Assembly (NCBI GenBank): GCA_964016885.1
Contig: OZ024740.1
Location: forward strand, 81,034,001-81,098,000
Length of the DNA stretch: 64,000 bases
Reading direction: 5' to 3'
DNA from: Eledone cirrhosa
Taxonomy: Eukaryota
Below are positions 26,041 through 40,310 of this stretch, piece by piece. Under the pieces are notes generated by a model. That model was not told where the DNA came from. It saw only the letters and a list, made by a program, of their open reading frames with translations, and did not search any database. Within the stretch, counting starts at the first letter, position 1. Each line of letters starts with the position of its first letter. Both the position numbers and the translations under genes were made by a program.

Positions 26041-27038
26041 ATGAAGGACGTAAAATAAGAAAATTTTAAAAAAAGATTTAAAAAATTAACTTACTAAAAT
26101 TTTCACTCCAACTAATTAGTTTCTGCAATGGGATAAAGACAGTTACGTAATATAACCGTCGAGAATTCATTGCGTCATCAGGGAGTCTATTCTCAGCTAA
26201 GTCTACAGGCAATGGGCGGACACTCATATAAAAATAATAATAATAATTCTCGACGGTTATATTACGTAACTGTCTTTATCCCATTGCAGAAACTAATTAG
26301 TTGGAGTGAAAATTTTAGTAAGTAAGTTAATTTTTTAAATCTTTTTTTAAAATTTTCTTATTTTACCTCCTTCATATTATTGTTCTGTATCCTCCTGCAT
26401 TGAACCACCTAGGTACTATGACATAACTTATGTATGTCCTGGCATTAGCGTACATCTGTACGCATATGTTAGTAGATATACTAAATTCTCTATAATTATC
26501 TCCAAATTATTTATTTGTTGAGCAAACCTGCCAAAACCACTACTAATTCATTGGTGTGGTAGTAGGCTTCTGTCATCTTACCATCCCACTCCTTCCGACT
26601 AGCCTCAGTCGCACGTGACTGATTCTTTAGAATCTGCCATTTGACCAGAGACAGCGAGCTTTTCAGTGCATGGAATCCAGTCCCCGCTAGCTGTTCCATC
26701 TACCGAATTATTATTATTATTTTTATATGAGTCCCCGGTGTCCGCGCATTGCCTGGAGACTTAGCTGAGAATAGACTTCCTGATGACGCAATGAATTCTC
26801 GACGGTTATATTACGTAACTGTCTTTATCCCATTGCAGAAACTAATTAGTTGGAGTGAAAATTTTAGTAAGTAAGTTAATTTTTTAAATCTTTTTTTAAA
26901 ATTTTCTTATTTTACGTCCTTCATATTATTGTTCTGCATCCTCCTGCATTGAACCACCTAGGTACTATGACATAACTTATGTATTTGCTGGCATTAGCGT
27001 ACATCTGTACGTATATGTTAGTAGATATACTAAATTCT

Positions 27039-27045
<7 letters not shown>
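26041..27045 (+). mobile_element. Non-coding PLE-terminus-like element: inverted segment (~26041-26245) plus partial tandem (period 549 bp), in (TA)n
   Basis: 26245-26496 repeats at 26794-27045; 26041-26245 is the near reverse complement of ~26706-26925. Confidence 0.8.
26105..26186 (-). ncRNA. Type I hammerhead (plus-strand copy 26775-26856)
   Basis: Stem I ACTCC/GGAGT; CTGATGA; C-GCAATG...CATTGC-A; GAAA; palindromic stem III ACTAATTAGT; GUU site. Confidence 0.75.
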
Positions 27046-27100
<55 letters not shown>

Positions 27101-27109
<9 letters not shown>

Positions 27110-27324
27110 AAACGAAAAATCAGTGATGCATCTGAACTCAATTTATTGTGTGTTACAATTGTTTCGCCGGCGGACAGATCGAGACGCGATCATTGTGTGG
27201 ATCTGTCTGATTCTGGACCCGCAGGTTCGACGGACACGCGTCTCGAGCTGTCCGCCGGCGAAACAATTGTAACACACAATAAATTGAGTTCATATGCATC
27301 ACTGATTTTTCGTTTTATATTATA
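27101..27324. repeat. Fold-back element (~88-bp arms) with the 3' half of an HHR and AATAAA
   Basis: Arms are near reverse complements; the plus arm has GAAAC-AATT-GTA-ACAC followed by AATAAA. Confidence 0.85.
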
Positions 27325-27591
27325 TCATACTCTGCTCTGTAACAGCATAGAGTGCTCAACCGGCATACCGCCTATGGAAGCATCTTAGCTACCATCCGAC
27401 ATACACACATACACACACACATATATATATATATATACACATATATATATATATGAATATATATCCAAAATTAAATTAAGGGTGTCATGTCAGAGAAGCA
27501 TGCACCATATCCACTTTAGAATATGCTCCAATAATAGAATTATTGAATAGTTCTATTATTAATATGCTCCAATGAATAGATCCGAGCATTT

Positions 27592-28191
27592 TATATCAAC
27601 TACAAATTGATTGACATATATATATATATCTAAAATAAAGATATGAAACAATCACAGGGAATAATTTGTAAAGGTGTGTAAGCACACATAGCCAGGTAGC
27701 TAACTAATGAAAGTTTACCTAGAACTTTAAAAATAGATACCTTTTAAATTGATTAATCTTTCTTGTATATATTTCATTAAAGAATTATATTTGACCATTA
27801 ATCGATCGGTAAACCACAGTAGCCAAATCTCGGATTTTCAACAAGGGAGAAGATCTAACTATGTGTTTACACGGTAAATTCAAATCTGCGAATGACTAGC
27901 AGCACGTGTTGCATTTTTCAAAAATACACACATCGTACCAGCTTCATCCCAGTGGCGTGAATAGGGTTATCGACAACTAGAAATAGCAGCCGAAATATAT
28001 TTCCTTAATGAAATATATTCAAGGAAGATCAATTAATTTATAAGGTATCTATTTTTAAAGTTCTAGGTAAACTTTAATTAATTATCTACCTGGCTATGTG
28101 TGCTTACACACTTTTATAAATTATTCCCTGTAATTGTTTCATATGTTTATTTTAGATATATATATATGTCAATCAATTTCTAGTTGATATA
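27592..28191. repeat. Older fold-back element (~190-bp imperfect arms, ~220-bp spacer)
   Basis: 27592-27780 versus 28004-28191 are reverse complements with scattered mismatches. Confidence 0.85.
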
Positions 28192-28976
28192 TGTTATATA
28201 TATATATCTTCTAGTTTGATTATCTAATTCAACAATATCGTCATGTTTCAACATTTACATTATTTATATATTGGAATGTTGACATAAATTTGTTACTTAC
28301 AAGTAGTGATGTCGCTGAAATAAAGATTGGTACGACGCCGAATGGAAAGCTTTGAATTATTTAGTCCCGTCAATTTAAACACAAAGACAAATCTCACTGG
28401 ATCGTATTTGTTGTTTATTCCTCCGGCGTCCCTATATTTTATATTGTGTAGCGAATATATACATTATTCCTCTATCCCAAACATTGGTGGCTTTGTACCA
28501 TTGTCTGTGATCTTTATTTATGAGAAGAAATTATGTAGGACTATCGGCATTTATCAATCTAAAATCAAATTACACGATATGTAGAATACTGTAGAGTCTT
28601 TATCTTCCATCTTTAGAAAACAACCTTGTATTAAATCATTGTTTCCTTCCTGATAATATAAATATATGTGTCATTTAAGGTAAACCGAGATATAATATCT
28701 TCAATATAATGCATGCTATAAGCAGTATTTTCGATTATTCCTATTCCAATTACTCTACTGCTAGATAATAATCCTCATAACGTTCAACATGAAAGAAGCA
28801 GTATTTTTCAATTATGAAACTTTCTAAATTTATTAGAATGTCATTCTTCACTGAAATAGAAACACAAAGATTTTAATTGATAGATGAAATTTAATACATG
28901 AAAACCTAAAGCAGTTCAGGGAGCCTTACACCCATATTTTGAAACTGATCATTCAGTAATTTTCTGTCTTTCAAAA

Positions 28977-29029
28977 TTAATTGTTCACAAAGTAATGCTT
29001 CTTTTCATCCATGTGATTGTATTGTTGAG
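28977..29029 (-). CDS. Candidate terminal coding exon of an unknown host gene (xQQYNHMDEKKHYFVNN*)
   Basis: Long T-rich tract ending ttttgttttctcAG on the minus strand, then a short open frame to TAA in unique AT-rich DNA; no homology evidence. Confidence 0.25.
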
Positions 29030-30268
29030 CTGAGAAAACAAAATGAAAAAACAAAACAACAAAAAACAAAAACAAAATGCAAAAAGAAAACAACAAAACA
29101 ACAAAAAAAACAATGAAACAGCAAAACAACTGTATATTCCAAAAATACTTCCCCATGAAATGTTAATGAACAAATACTCTTTTCATAAACAATTTAATTA
29201 TAAAATTATATTAAAACATTACTTAATATTTAACTGCAAATAACAAGGTAACTATATCAATAATATAAAATACATACCACATATATTTTCTAGTTAATTT
29301 CTCTTAAGCTAGTCATGTGTTGAAATAATATAAATGAAACTACGTTTGTTTCTCCTGCCTGTGTGTTTGTGTTTATATAAATATGTATGCGTTGTAAATA
29401 ATAAAATGCGCCATGGCTTTGTTATGGATTGCCTAACCTATATACACACATATACGTAAAATAAATATTTTTCTATGATAGAATAATATGTGGTCTGATG
29501 GTTTAATAAACTGTGTGTGAGAGAAACGAATCCATATAAAACTGCAATGCTGTCGATGAGATATATTACAGATTTCTCAGTAATTAAGCTATCAATTCTT
29601 AGATATCTATCGAAGCTTTATATATACATACGTAAATGTAAACCATTTATGAGGATAATAGAAAGACAGGAATAACAATCACAACCTACCGTCTTGATAA
29701 AGAATGGAAACATTAGCTAATAATTCTAGATTAAACTAAAATTCGAAGTGTCACGCCTAGAGGCAATTTAATGATAGGTATGATTAAACAGTGCTGGTAT
29801 GAGCTTAGCCAACATCGATAAACACCAATACGCAAAGTTTGCTTGCTAAACCAGTTAGAAATCGTACAGAAATATCTGTCAAATTAGAAGGATACACGCA
29901 AAGTGCTCAATTAGAACCAGTTTTGAAAATGATACCATGTGAAAACACAAGCTTCTCATTATACCCATTCGCTGATGAAAAGCATACTACGATATGTCAT
30001 TTATGCTATTTTTCACACATTTATTCACTTTCATGCTGCTATTTGCAACTTTGGCATTAATAGATTTTTCATTCGTTTGCTGACGATACCAAGTGTTATT
30101 ATAACACCTACCATATCGTCATTTCCTAGTCGACACCGTTGTAGGTGTAGTAAAATGCAATTAGATTAGCTTCCCCCGGTGAATGTCAATCGTCAAGCAC
30201 TTGAATATTCATTGTACACGTGCGCATACACACACGCACTGACACACGCCCAAACACGCACACTCACA

Positions 30269-30315
<47 letters not shown>

Positions 30316-30575
30316 ACATATATATATATATAATAATAAAATGTGGAGAGGAGGCAAACGAGTTAGTATATATATATATATATATATATGAAAACAGGGA
30401 GAAAAAGACGATTATGAGGAAGAAAAATATATTTTCTTCCTTTTTTTTGTGTCTCGCACAGTTGGCGATATGTTCACTAAATGCAATCTTTCTGTATTCT
30501 GGTATTTTAATTTGTGATTTATGACCATACGTTGACGGAGGCTGTTTTTTGTCTGTCTTATATAGTGCTCTAGAC

Positions 30576-30920
30576 CAGGGGTTCTCAAACTCTTTTTCGC
30601 TGTGGACCACCAAAATAAGTAGTTTTTTTCCTGTGGACCACCTAAACTTTTAAATCTTTTGTAATAGAACTGCTACTTATAAGCATCAGTAGATGTTTTT
30701 TTTCAATGAATTAGAAAATGCTATTATCATGTCGCAGTGCCTAAAAATCTACGCAAATAAACAGCTGAAGTCGTACTTATGCGAATAATAAGAACAGCGC
30801 TTTAAGTCAAATGCATGGATCAAAAAAGAATTTGCTATTGAAAGTTTTCTGTGGACCACTTGAATTTTCTTGTGGACCACTAGTGGTCCACATGGACATG
30901 GACCAGGTTGAGAGCCCCTG
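30576..30920. mobile_element. hAT (Charlie-like) MITE, 345 bp, inserted in the inverted PLE arm
   Basis: TIRs CAGGGGTTCTCAA / TTGAGAGCCCCTG; 8-bp TSD CTCTAGAC at 30568-30575 and 30921-30928; repeated subterminal TGTGGACCAC. Confidence 0.93.
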
Positions 30921-32802
30921 CTCTAGACAACCTGAGCAAGTCAAAACATAGATAAGGTTTTCAGATGCACATGTAAAGTTGTGTTTAACTGTGAAACGTT
31001 GTCCTTGTTTAAAATGGAATGTTGAACCTTCTATTAGATTTATACATATGTCAGAGTTGGGCCTTCCGCATTTTGTTACTATAGGGTTTATTGTGAGGGT
31101 TTGATTGATTTTGGCTTGTGTGAGGATGCTTTTTATGGATTTGGGTTGTCTTTTGCTCTTTATGATGTTGTGTGTTTGGAGGATATTGTTCATTCTTGGG
31201 TCTCTTTTTAGTAAAGGAATGTTCTGGAGGATGGTATCGAATGCCTCATTGTTGAGGGGGTTGTGTGTGGAGATGTATGGTAGAGCTTTTTGTTGCGATT
31301 CACTCCTGGGTTTAGGGTGTCTGAGTTCCTGAATGTCTGAGCTCAAAACTCACTAACTTACAATTCACAATGGATTACAGCCATGAACAACTCCCTTTCC
31401 TCGACATCCTCATCAAGAAAACAAGCAACAGAATAGAAACAGACATATACTACAAACCCACAGACGCCAAACAATACCTTCCATTAAACTCGTGCCATCC
31501 TAGCCACACCAAAATGGTAATTCCTTATAACCTAGCCAGAAGGATCTGCACAATAGTTTCAGATAAATACACATGCTACACACGACTTAAAAAACACACT
31601 TATCAGCAGAAACTACCCACCATCCCTAATCACCAATGGATTCCAATGGATTGCCCTGAAACTAGCCATCCAGGAAATCAGACACCCCAAACCCAGGAGT
31701 GAACCGCAACAAAAAGCTCTACCATACATCTCCACACACAACCCCCTCAACAATGAGGCATTCGATACCATCCTCCAGAACATTCCTTTACTAAAAAGAG
31801 ACCCAAGAATGAACAATATCCTCCAAACACACAACATCATAAAGATCAAAAGACAACCCAAATCCATAAAGAACATCCTCACACAAGCCAAAATCCATCA
31901 AACCCTCACAAAAAACCCTACAGTAACAAAATGCGGAAGTCCCAAATGTGGCATATGCATAAATCTAATAGAAGGTTCAACATTCCATTTTAAACAAGGA
32001 CAACGTTTCACAGTTAAACACAACTTTACATGTGCATCTGAAAACGTTATCTATGTTTTGACTTGCTCAGGTTGTCTAGAGCACTATATAGGACAGAAAA
32101 AAAAAAACGTATGACCGTCCATAAATCACAAATTAAAATACAGGAATACAGAATACAGAAAGATTACATTTAGTGAACATATCGCCAACTGTGCTCTCAA
32201 CCAACTTCCAAACCTTAACATTTTCCCCATTTACAAATTCATAGACAACGCTACTTTCATCCAACGCACCAATAAGGAAACACATTTCATTAATACATTT
32301 CAACCAGTACTCAATGACCTAAAATTCGGACCTTTCTAAAACTGTGTTTGGAAGTACTCAATACCCTAAATTTCGGACCTTTCTAAAACTGCAACAAACC
32401 ATCAAACATTTACAAGTGTTACCACCCTCACAACCTACCTAATCCTTTTTCTTAAATAAATTAAATATCACCCAGCAAGAATTGCTTTGCCCTGCAAATT
32501 AACTCTCTATAAAGGGAAATCATATCAAACCACAGTCCACCATTTGCCTCCTTCACGGAACCATGGTTCAACTAAACACTCTTGCGATATTAACACATTT
32601 TGAACTGCTTAACTTCAATGACTGTGCTTGTAAATAACATTAACATTTCTTCCACATTGACTTTTTACGTTCCACATTATGCACGTTTTTTTTTTCCCTT
32701 TTTCTTTTTTCTTTTCACTTCTTAAACCTTGTTTGTATATAACATTATTCTTTCTGCACCTCCTGTTTAACATGTGCGACACCACACTAATACATTTCAC
32801 TA

Positions 32803-32841
32803 TCATTTGATAATGCATATAAATGCAGAAACCGGTAATAG
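32803..32841 (+). ncRNA. Minimal hammerhead variant with U3:A8 core in the PLE 3' region
   Basis: TTGATAA-TGCAT-ataa-ATGCA-GAAA-CCG-GTA; palindromic stem III ACCGGT; stem I weak. Confidence 0.6.
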
Positions 32842-33035
32842 ACAATAATTAAATATATAAATAGATAAATAAATGCCATTGTTATATAAGAAATAAATCA
32901 ACTAATACCTTAACACTTCACACAAAGTAAAACATTTCGTTTTAATCATTTTCTAACCCAGAAAAAAAGAGAGAGAGAGACACAAACAAAAGGAAGAAAA
33001 TATATTTTTCTTCCTCATAATCGTCTCTTTATCTT

Positions 33036-33076
<41 letters not shown>

Positions 33077-33100
33077 CACACACATATGAAACCACATACA

Positions 33101-33161
<61 letters not shown>

Positions 33162-33727
33162 ACGCACACGCACACACACACACACACAAGACGCACATGC
33201 ATTTTCTTTTTCAAGAAGTCTGATTTGGTTGATGAATTAGAAGATTGGTTAAGACGTCGGATTATAGCCACAGAAATTATTTCGGCCGACAGCTGTCCAC
33301 GTTCGAGTCCCGAAGTCAACTTTACTTTTCTATAAGAATGCATATCCATTTCTGATTACCTATCCATCTATCTTTTTATACTTCTCTCTATATAAACGTA
33401 CATACATACTTACAGTAACAGAAAGAACACGACTAGTTAGGAAATTACAAGTATAATCCATTAATGCAACAGTAAAAATATCTAAATCATTCAAAAATAT
33501 CTGCATCTAATAACTGCATATACACTTGTACAGATACAAAGCATATGCACACAAAGAACTCAAAACATACACATTCACACATACAATATCATCCATACCT
33601 GCACACACATACATGTATACATATCTACCTAGTTGATGTTGTGTAAATTTCAATGAGAGAGTCTGGTATCTATATTAGAAACCGTCTCTCTCTCTATTGG
33701 AAAACATTTGTGAAATTATAAAACAGA

Positions 33728-33768
<41 letters not shown>

Positions 33769-33777
33769 CTGCCCTAC

Positions 33778-35797
33778 AAGACTCTGCGCCAACAAAATCA
33801 TCAAGTTCTACATTTAACCACTTTCAAATGGTATTCAAAGAGGCAGCAGCCGACACCATCCCTTTAAAATCCAAGGTTAAAAAACGAAAACCCTGGGAAA
33901 CAGAGAGGATACGCCAAAAGCGCAAAGAGTTGCGAAAAGCTGCAGAATTGAAAGACACTCAACGATCTCCAGAAAACATTAGTAACTTCAATTCTGCTTG
34001 TACAGCACTGAAAAGTGAGTATGAAATTGAGCAAGCCGAATACATGCAGAGAAAGATCAATAATATCTCGAGTACTGTCAGCAATGAGAAGTCTGCTGAA
34101 GCATGGAAAACTGTCAATGAAATTAGTGGCAGAAAAAGTAGTGACAGAGCCAAACTGAAAGCCTCCAGCCAAGACGAACGTTTAAAACTGTGGCAACAAC
34201 ATTTTCAGAACCTACTTGGCAAAGAACCACAGATCATCGAAGAATAAATAATACCCGTTTTTACAGAGGAACACCAAATACAGAAAGGTCATTTCACAAT
34301 GGAGGAACTACAGAAAGTTGTGAAAAGTATTGCTAACGGAAAAGCGTGCGGACTCGACGAGATCCCAGCTGAAGTGTGGAAGGTACCGGAATTTCACCCA
34401 ATCCTACTAGAGTTGTGTAATGGTGTCTATAATCAAGACCCCATAGACAAATGGACTGAGTGATGTATACTCCCTTTTCCCAAAAAGGGCGATCTTGGAA
34501 TGGCTAAAAACTACCGTGGCATAACACTAATGGCAATTGCCGCAAAGATATACAATCTCATGCTGTTTGACAGAATAAGACCTGTCATTGACCCCTTGCT
34601 GAGAAAAAACCAAAATGGTTTCCGCACCAACAGATCAACATCAGGGCAAATAAACTATTCGGCGTTTCGTGGAAGGCGTAAAAGCCAAAAACCTCCCAGC
34701 AACTCTCCTGTTTATTGACTTTTCAAAAGCATTCGATTCCATCCATCGTGGAAGGATGAGGGAGATACTTCTATCCTACGGCTTGCCAAAGGAAACAATA
34801 AATGCCATCATGATGTTATATAAAAACACCCGCAAAATGGTGCGCTCACCTGATAGATATACCAACTTCTTTGACATCATTGCAGAAGTACTCCAAGGGG
34901 ATACTCTTGCACCATATATTTTTATCATCTGCCTCGACTAAGTATTGAGAAAAGCCCTGGACGAAAACTTAAAGCTTGGTTTCACTCTCACAAAGCGAAA
35001 GTGTAGACACCATGCAGCTCAGAAAATCACCGATGTTGATTATGCGGATGATTTAGCGGTCCTCGCTGACTACCGTAATGATACAACATCACTACTTCAC
35101 AGCATCGAATCAGTTGCAAAGGAGATCGGACTCTATGTCAAGGCAGGCAAAACAGAATATATTTGCCTGAACCAAGACTCCTTAGTTGGTATGCGAAGTC
35201 TAAACGGCAATATAATCAAGTAAGTTGACGACTTCAAATACCTGGGTAGCTATATCGCCTCCACAGAACATGATGTTAACATCAGACTGGGAAAAGCCTG
35301 GGGAGCATTGAATACAATGGAAACAATATGGAAATCAAACCTGCCGGCCAAACTGAAAAGGAATTTCTTCAGAGCTGCTGTGGAATCTGTGCTTGTTTAT
35401 GGCTCTATCACTTGGACGCTAACGTCGGAACTAGAGAAAACCTAGACGGGGCATACACACGTATGCTCTGTGCTGCTTTAAACGTGTCTTGGAGGGAACA
35501 CCCAACAAATAAGGATCTCTATGGCAATATACCACCTATCAGCAAGTCAATACGTGGACAGAGACTCAGGTTTGCTGGCCACTGTTGACGCAGCAAGGAA
35601 GATATAGCAGGTGATCTGTTGTTATGGAGTCCATCTCATGAAGCAAGAAACGGTGGTCGTCCCAAGAAGACATACGTCAAGCAACTTGAGGACGATACTG
35701 GATGCGCTGCGGAAGAACTGGCAAACGCTATGAGATACAGAGATGGATGGAAGAAACGTGTCGTAGAAAGCCGAGCAAGCTCGACTTGATGATGATA
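33778..35797 (+). mobile_element. 5'-truncated RTE-clade LINE (RT domain to (GAT)n tail), pseudogenised
   Basis: KNYRGITL, QNGFRTNRST, FIDFSKAFDSI, LQGDTLAP, DYADD and LRFAGHC motifs; several stops and frameshifts; tgatgatgat tail. Confidence 0.92.
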
Positions 35798-36114
35798 TAT
35801 ATATATGTATTTGTATGTTCTGTTTTATAATTTCACAAATATTGACATAACCAGGAAAAGCTTGAACCGTTAAGTTCTTCTTCCTGGTTATGTCAATATT
35901 TATAAAACAAACTTTGTATGTTATCTGATGAGAGCGTACCAAAGTTTTGGTACCCTTGAAATATATATAATAGAATAAATATGGTTTTATAAATATAGTT
36001 TCCATTTATTTAATATCATTGAATATTATACTCCAGAAAAATATGTCGAGTGCTTCGAATCAATTATAAACATTTATATTTGTTGAATTAGCAACAATTT
36101 AAATATTAATTTTG

Positions 36115-36165
<51 letters not shown>

Positions 36166-38798
36166 CTGCGTGTGTGTATGTTACCACAAACATGTAAGCA
36201 TGTAAACTATTTACGTTATGTTGGTGGATTGGCTGTATCCGTAGAGTGTGGTCAATATGCTTTTCAGAAAATAGATCCGTCCCCGTTTTGATTTCAAATT
36301 CCATCGGGGTTGACTTTGTTTAACATCTTTACGGATTCGATAGAATAAAGTACCAGTAATTCACTGGGTTAGATTTAATCGAATTCCTCCCTCCAAAATT
36401 GTTGGCCATGTGCCTAAATCAGAAAACTATTATTTATGTGAAACTTGGTTTTCCTGTATAATTCAAATGGTGTATTTGAAAATTAAATGGAAGAAATTCA
36501 TTAAAAATTTGTTCTGTTAATTGTTTTCGCCACACTCGATGTGCAGATCTTTCTCTGTTCCATTGGAATGTTACTAATTCAATGAATAAAAAAGATTAAA
36601 ACAAACATATCTCACTATAATTCTATTTTGTGTACTGGAATGACTATTTCAAGGCGTTTACTCGCTTCCTATCCCCTGGGATATTGTTTTCTTCCTTTTC
36701 TCCATTCTGTCCGTGGGTCTACAAGACAACCTGCAGAGGGGCTCCATCACACAATAGATCTCTCCCCTCAAACCGTCCGAGCCCATATTGCAGGCGTAGC
36801 GATGTTGGGAGTCCTTCAGATTAAAAGTGCATATCACATATTCACTATATATATGTGGCTAACTGAACACAGGCATGCATTTTCTTAAAAATATTTTTTC
36901 CCGTTTCTTCCTCTTCTTCATCTCTATGTTTCTATTTCTACTTTTATTTCTCATTCTAATTTCTGCCGAAGGACTAACGTCCGAAACATTAAGATAATTT
37001 CCTTACGACGTCAAGCGTTCAAATAATATTCGTCTTTAGTGGATTATATGCTATTGCATTGCTTTTCATTAACTTTTCACACACATGTATATTTCAAATA
37101 ACATTTACTTCCATCTCTCTTTGTCATTTAGTCGTGGGACAAGCGCTCTTTTGAAGTGATGGTGTTAGAGTTATTCCTTTTTTATACAAAGTCCTCTACC
37201 ATTGAGTACATTCGGAAGCAAATGTGTTTCTTTTTAGTGTGTAAAAATGTTTACGCCCAATGTGTGTTTCACAGATAGATCGACCAAATACACAGTATCT
37301 CGTGAACTCTAGTTTTGTTCAACTTGGTGTTTTACCCGAAAGCGCAAGGATGACGTAGATTGATAATTTTCGATTGCATCAATAATTTGTGTTTCGAGAG
37401 ACATATACGTACAGAACACAACCTGCGTTAATACAGATTACATGACAGCACATAAATTACTGGATTGAGGAAAGGTGCATCGAGAGGCTATGGCTAAGTA
37501 TCATACAGAATTGTAGTCATCAGTGGGCGACATCATATACATACGTGAGTATGATTGTATCATTTTGTATCATTATAACTTTTGTAGTATTCATTTATTT
37601 ACTCTGAACATACGCGTCTAGCCATCCGCTTTAATCTATTAGAATCACTCAAATATATAGCCGGTATTGCTATGTTATATGATATCATATTTGGATATGC
37701 CGCAACAGCTTTGGGATAAAAAATATCATATTTAGAAAAGCCTCAACATTCTTCAGGATCATAACCCTATAATCACAGAAAGGTGTCGTCTACAACTAGG
37801 TCAAAGTACTAATTGTAATTGTTTTTGCTATAAATCCGAGATGAGTTTTAATGAGAGAGGGTAATCGATTAAATCTACTCGTGATCATGGCTCGTACGTT
37901 ATGTTATCGACCTCGGAAAGACTTGAAGTTAACAAAGGTAAATGGTCGCTATATATATACACATATATATATATGTATATATATATATAGAGAGAGAGAG
38001 AAGGAGAGAGAGAGAGAAAGGGAAAGAGAGAGCTTGGGGGAAAGAAAGAGATATCTGAATGTAAAGAAAGTGTATCTGAACAGGCAAGGGGTCCGGGTTT
38101 TTCATATCTCTATAGCCTCTCTGCATCTCACCACGCATTGAGTACTGTCATGATAAGTGGTCTCCCAGGTCTCCGCACTGCAGATTCTCTCTCTCCATAT
38201 ATATATATATATGTGTGCATGTGTGTGTGTGCGCGTACATGTGTTTGTGTGTGTGTGTGTATAGTTAATTCCACAACAATTAATACGAAACCCCACATCA
38301 CCAGCAAATCCAAGAGAGCTCCCTCACTTGGATCCTCTTGTAGTAAGCCATAATGAAGCCCTCTACCGCAAGAGTGTAGCACACTCGCAGTCGTCGATGA
38401 GACCTAAGTTATATCCACCCGGCAGACCCAACAAGAAGTCAGGACATATGTTTGTAGGTAGGGAGGTCAGTGTGAAGAACGCTTCCTTAACCACGCGACA
38501 GTCTTTAGACACCGAGTAAAGCGATAAATCACGTGACTAGCAAGCCAGCTATGGTCACTTAAGGAAGCGGGCGTGAATGTCTCCATCAAATGGAAAATCC
38601 TCTATGATTCGAGACCATATAGAAATCGATCTAAGGTCTGCAGATTGTGCATAGATGATAGATAAAATATCGAACAGAGTTTACGCAACTTTGGATATAA
38701 CCTTTTGACTTACACCCCCCCCCCCCCACACACACACATAAACACACACAAAAAAGAGTGAGAAATTAAATTTCATTTTTTCCATCTCTCTCTCTCGC

Positions 38799-38902
<104 letters not shown>

Positions 38903-39116
38903 TGTAATAAACAACATAAGGTAATTATTTCATTTGCTTTCAATCATCAGAATGAAAAAATCCTGGTGTATTTATTGACATTGGATTTTAAAAACAAAAA
39001 TATAATCTATATGAAAGTGAGGCTGGAAAAGGAAGAAGGAAAGGAAAAATAAACACATATGCACACACACACACACACATATATATATATACATACATAC
39101 ACATATATATACATAC

Positions 39117-39187
<71 letters not shown>

Positions 39188-39276
39188 TACACGTACAAAT
39201 ACACATACATATACATATACATACATACACACATATATATCCACATATCCATACATATACATAAATACACAAACAT

Positions 39277-39322
<46 letters not shown>

Positions 39323-39327
<5 letters not shown>

Positions 39328-39484
39328 TAAAAGGAAAAGAAAATGCTGACAAATTGTTCCCAGTGAAAAACAGTTTAATTAGGAATAAGTAAAAATTAGT
39401 AATAGTATTGGTTAGTATTCAGTTTTGGTTTTAATTTTTACCGGTTGCGCATTTCTAATGCTTTTCAAAAATAATTTTGAGATA
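39323..39484. repeat. Left arm of an inverted repeat paired with 43801-43964
   Basis: aaggaaaagaaaatgctgac...cttttcaaaaataat versus its reverse complement at 43801-43964. Confidence 0.85.
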
Positions 39485-39940
39485 AAATATGTGTGTTTAC
39501 GTATGTCATTGTGTTTATATGTGGATAGAGATGTAAGCTGATGTAGGTATGTATGTTGACGTGTGTATGTTGTGGGTTCGTCTTAGGGAGAAGTGTTTAG
39601 ACGGGGTCCATTTATATATATATATACACACATAATCATACATATATACACACATAATTATACATATATACACACGTACATACACATACATACATACACA
39701 CATATATACACCATACATACGCACACACAAATATACATATATGTACACCCACCTACATACGCGCACACACAAAAAATATAATAGACGACCATATAGGCCT
39801 TCACATAAGAATAAAAATAAATGTAAAAATTATTATAAAGTTGACAGCGATACAGGAAACAAATAAATGAACAAACACACGTGGTAATCACTACGCACAA
39901 GTACACATACATATAAATAAGTACATACACATATACATAC

Positions 39941-40023
<83 letters not shown>

Positions 40024-40215
40024 CATATACACACACACATACATATAAATACATACACACACATGTATGTGTGTAAAACTCATTCTTCGATGTATTCATT
40101 GAACCCTGCTTAACTCTCAAATATAGACATATATATACCAACACATGTATATATATATATGATGATTTCTAATGAATGAAACAGTTCTAGTCCTGTAGAA
40201 TCTCATCTATATTAA

Positions 40216-40279
<64 letters not shown>

Positions 40280-40310
40280 GTGTGTATATTAGTTTTGCGA
40301 GGTTTTTTAT

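Larger units (their letters stand above)
30405..33030 (+). mobile_element. 5'-truncated Neptune-like Penelope element with an inverted 5' duplication (30405-31335 mirrors 31670-32195 and 32990-33030)
   Basis: LPFLDILI, TDIYYKPTD, SCHPSHTK, CGSPKCGIC linker and FTCASENVIYVLTCSGCLEHYIGQ (GIY-YIG); frameshifted. Confidence 0.9.

Noticed and set aside
30807-31346. 179-aa minus-strand ORF as an independent gene
   Set aside because: It is the inverted PLE arm reading through into the MITE
36963-36995. CTGCCGA-AGGAC-taac-GTCC-GAAAC
   Set aside because: Core altered at A6 and stems I and III are not recoverable; at best a decayed HHR
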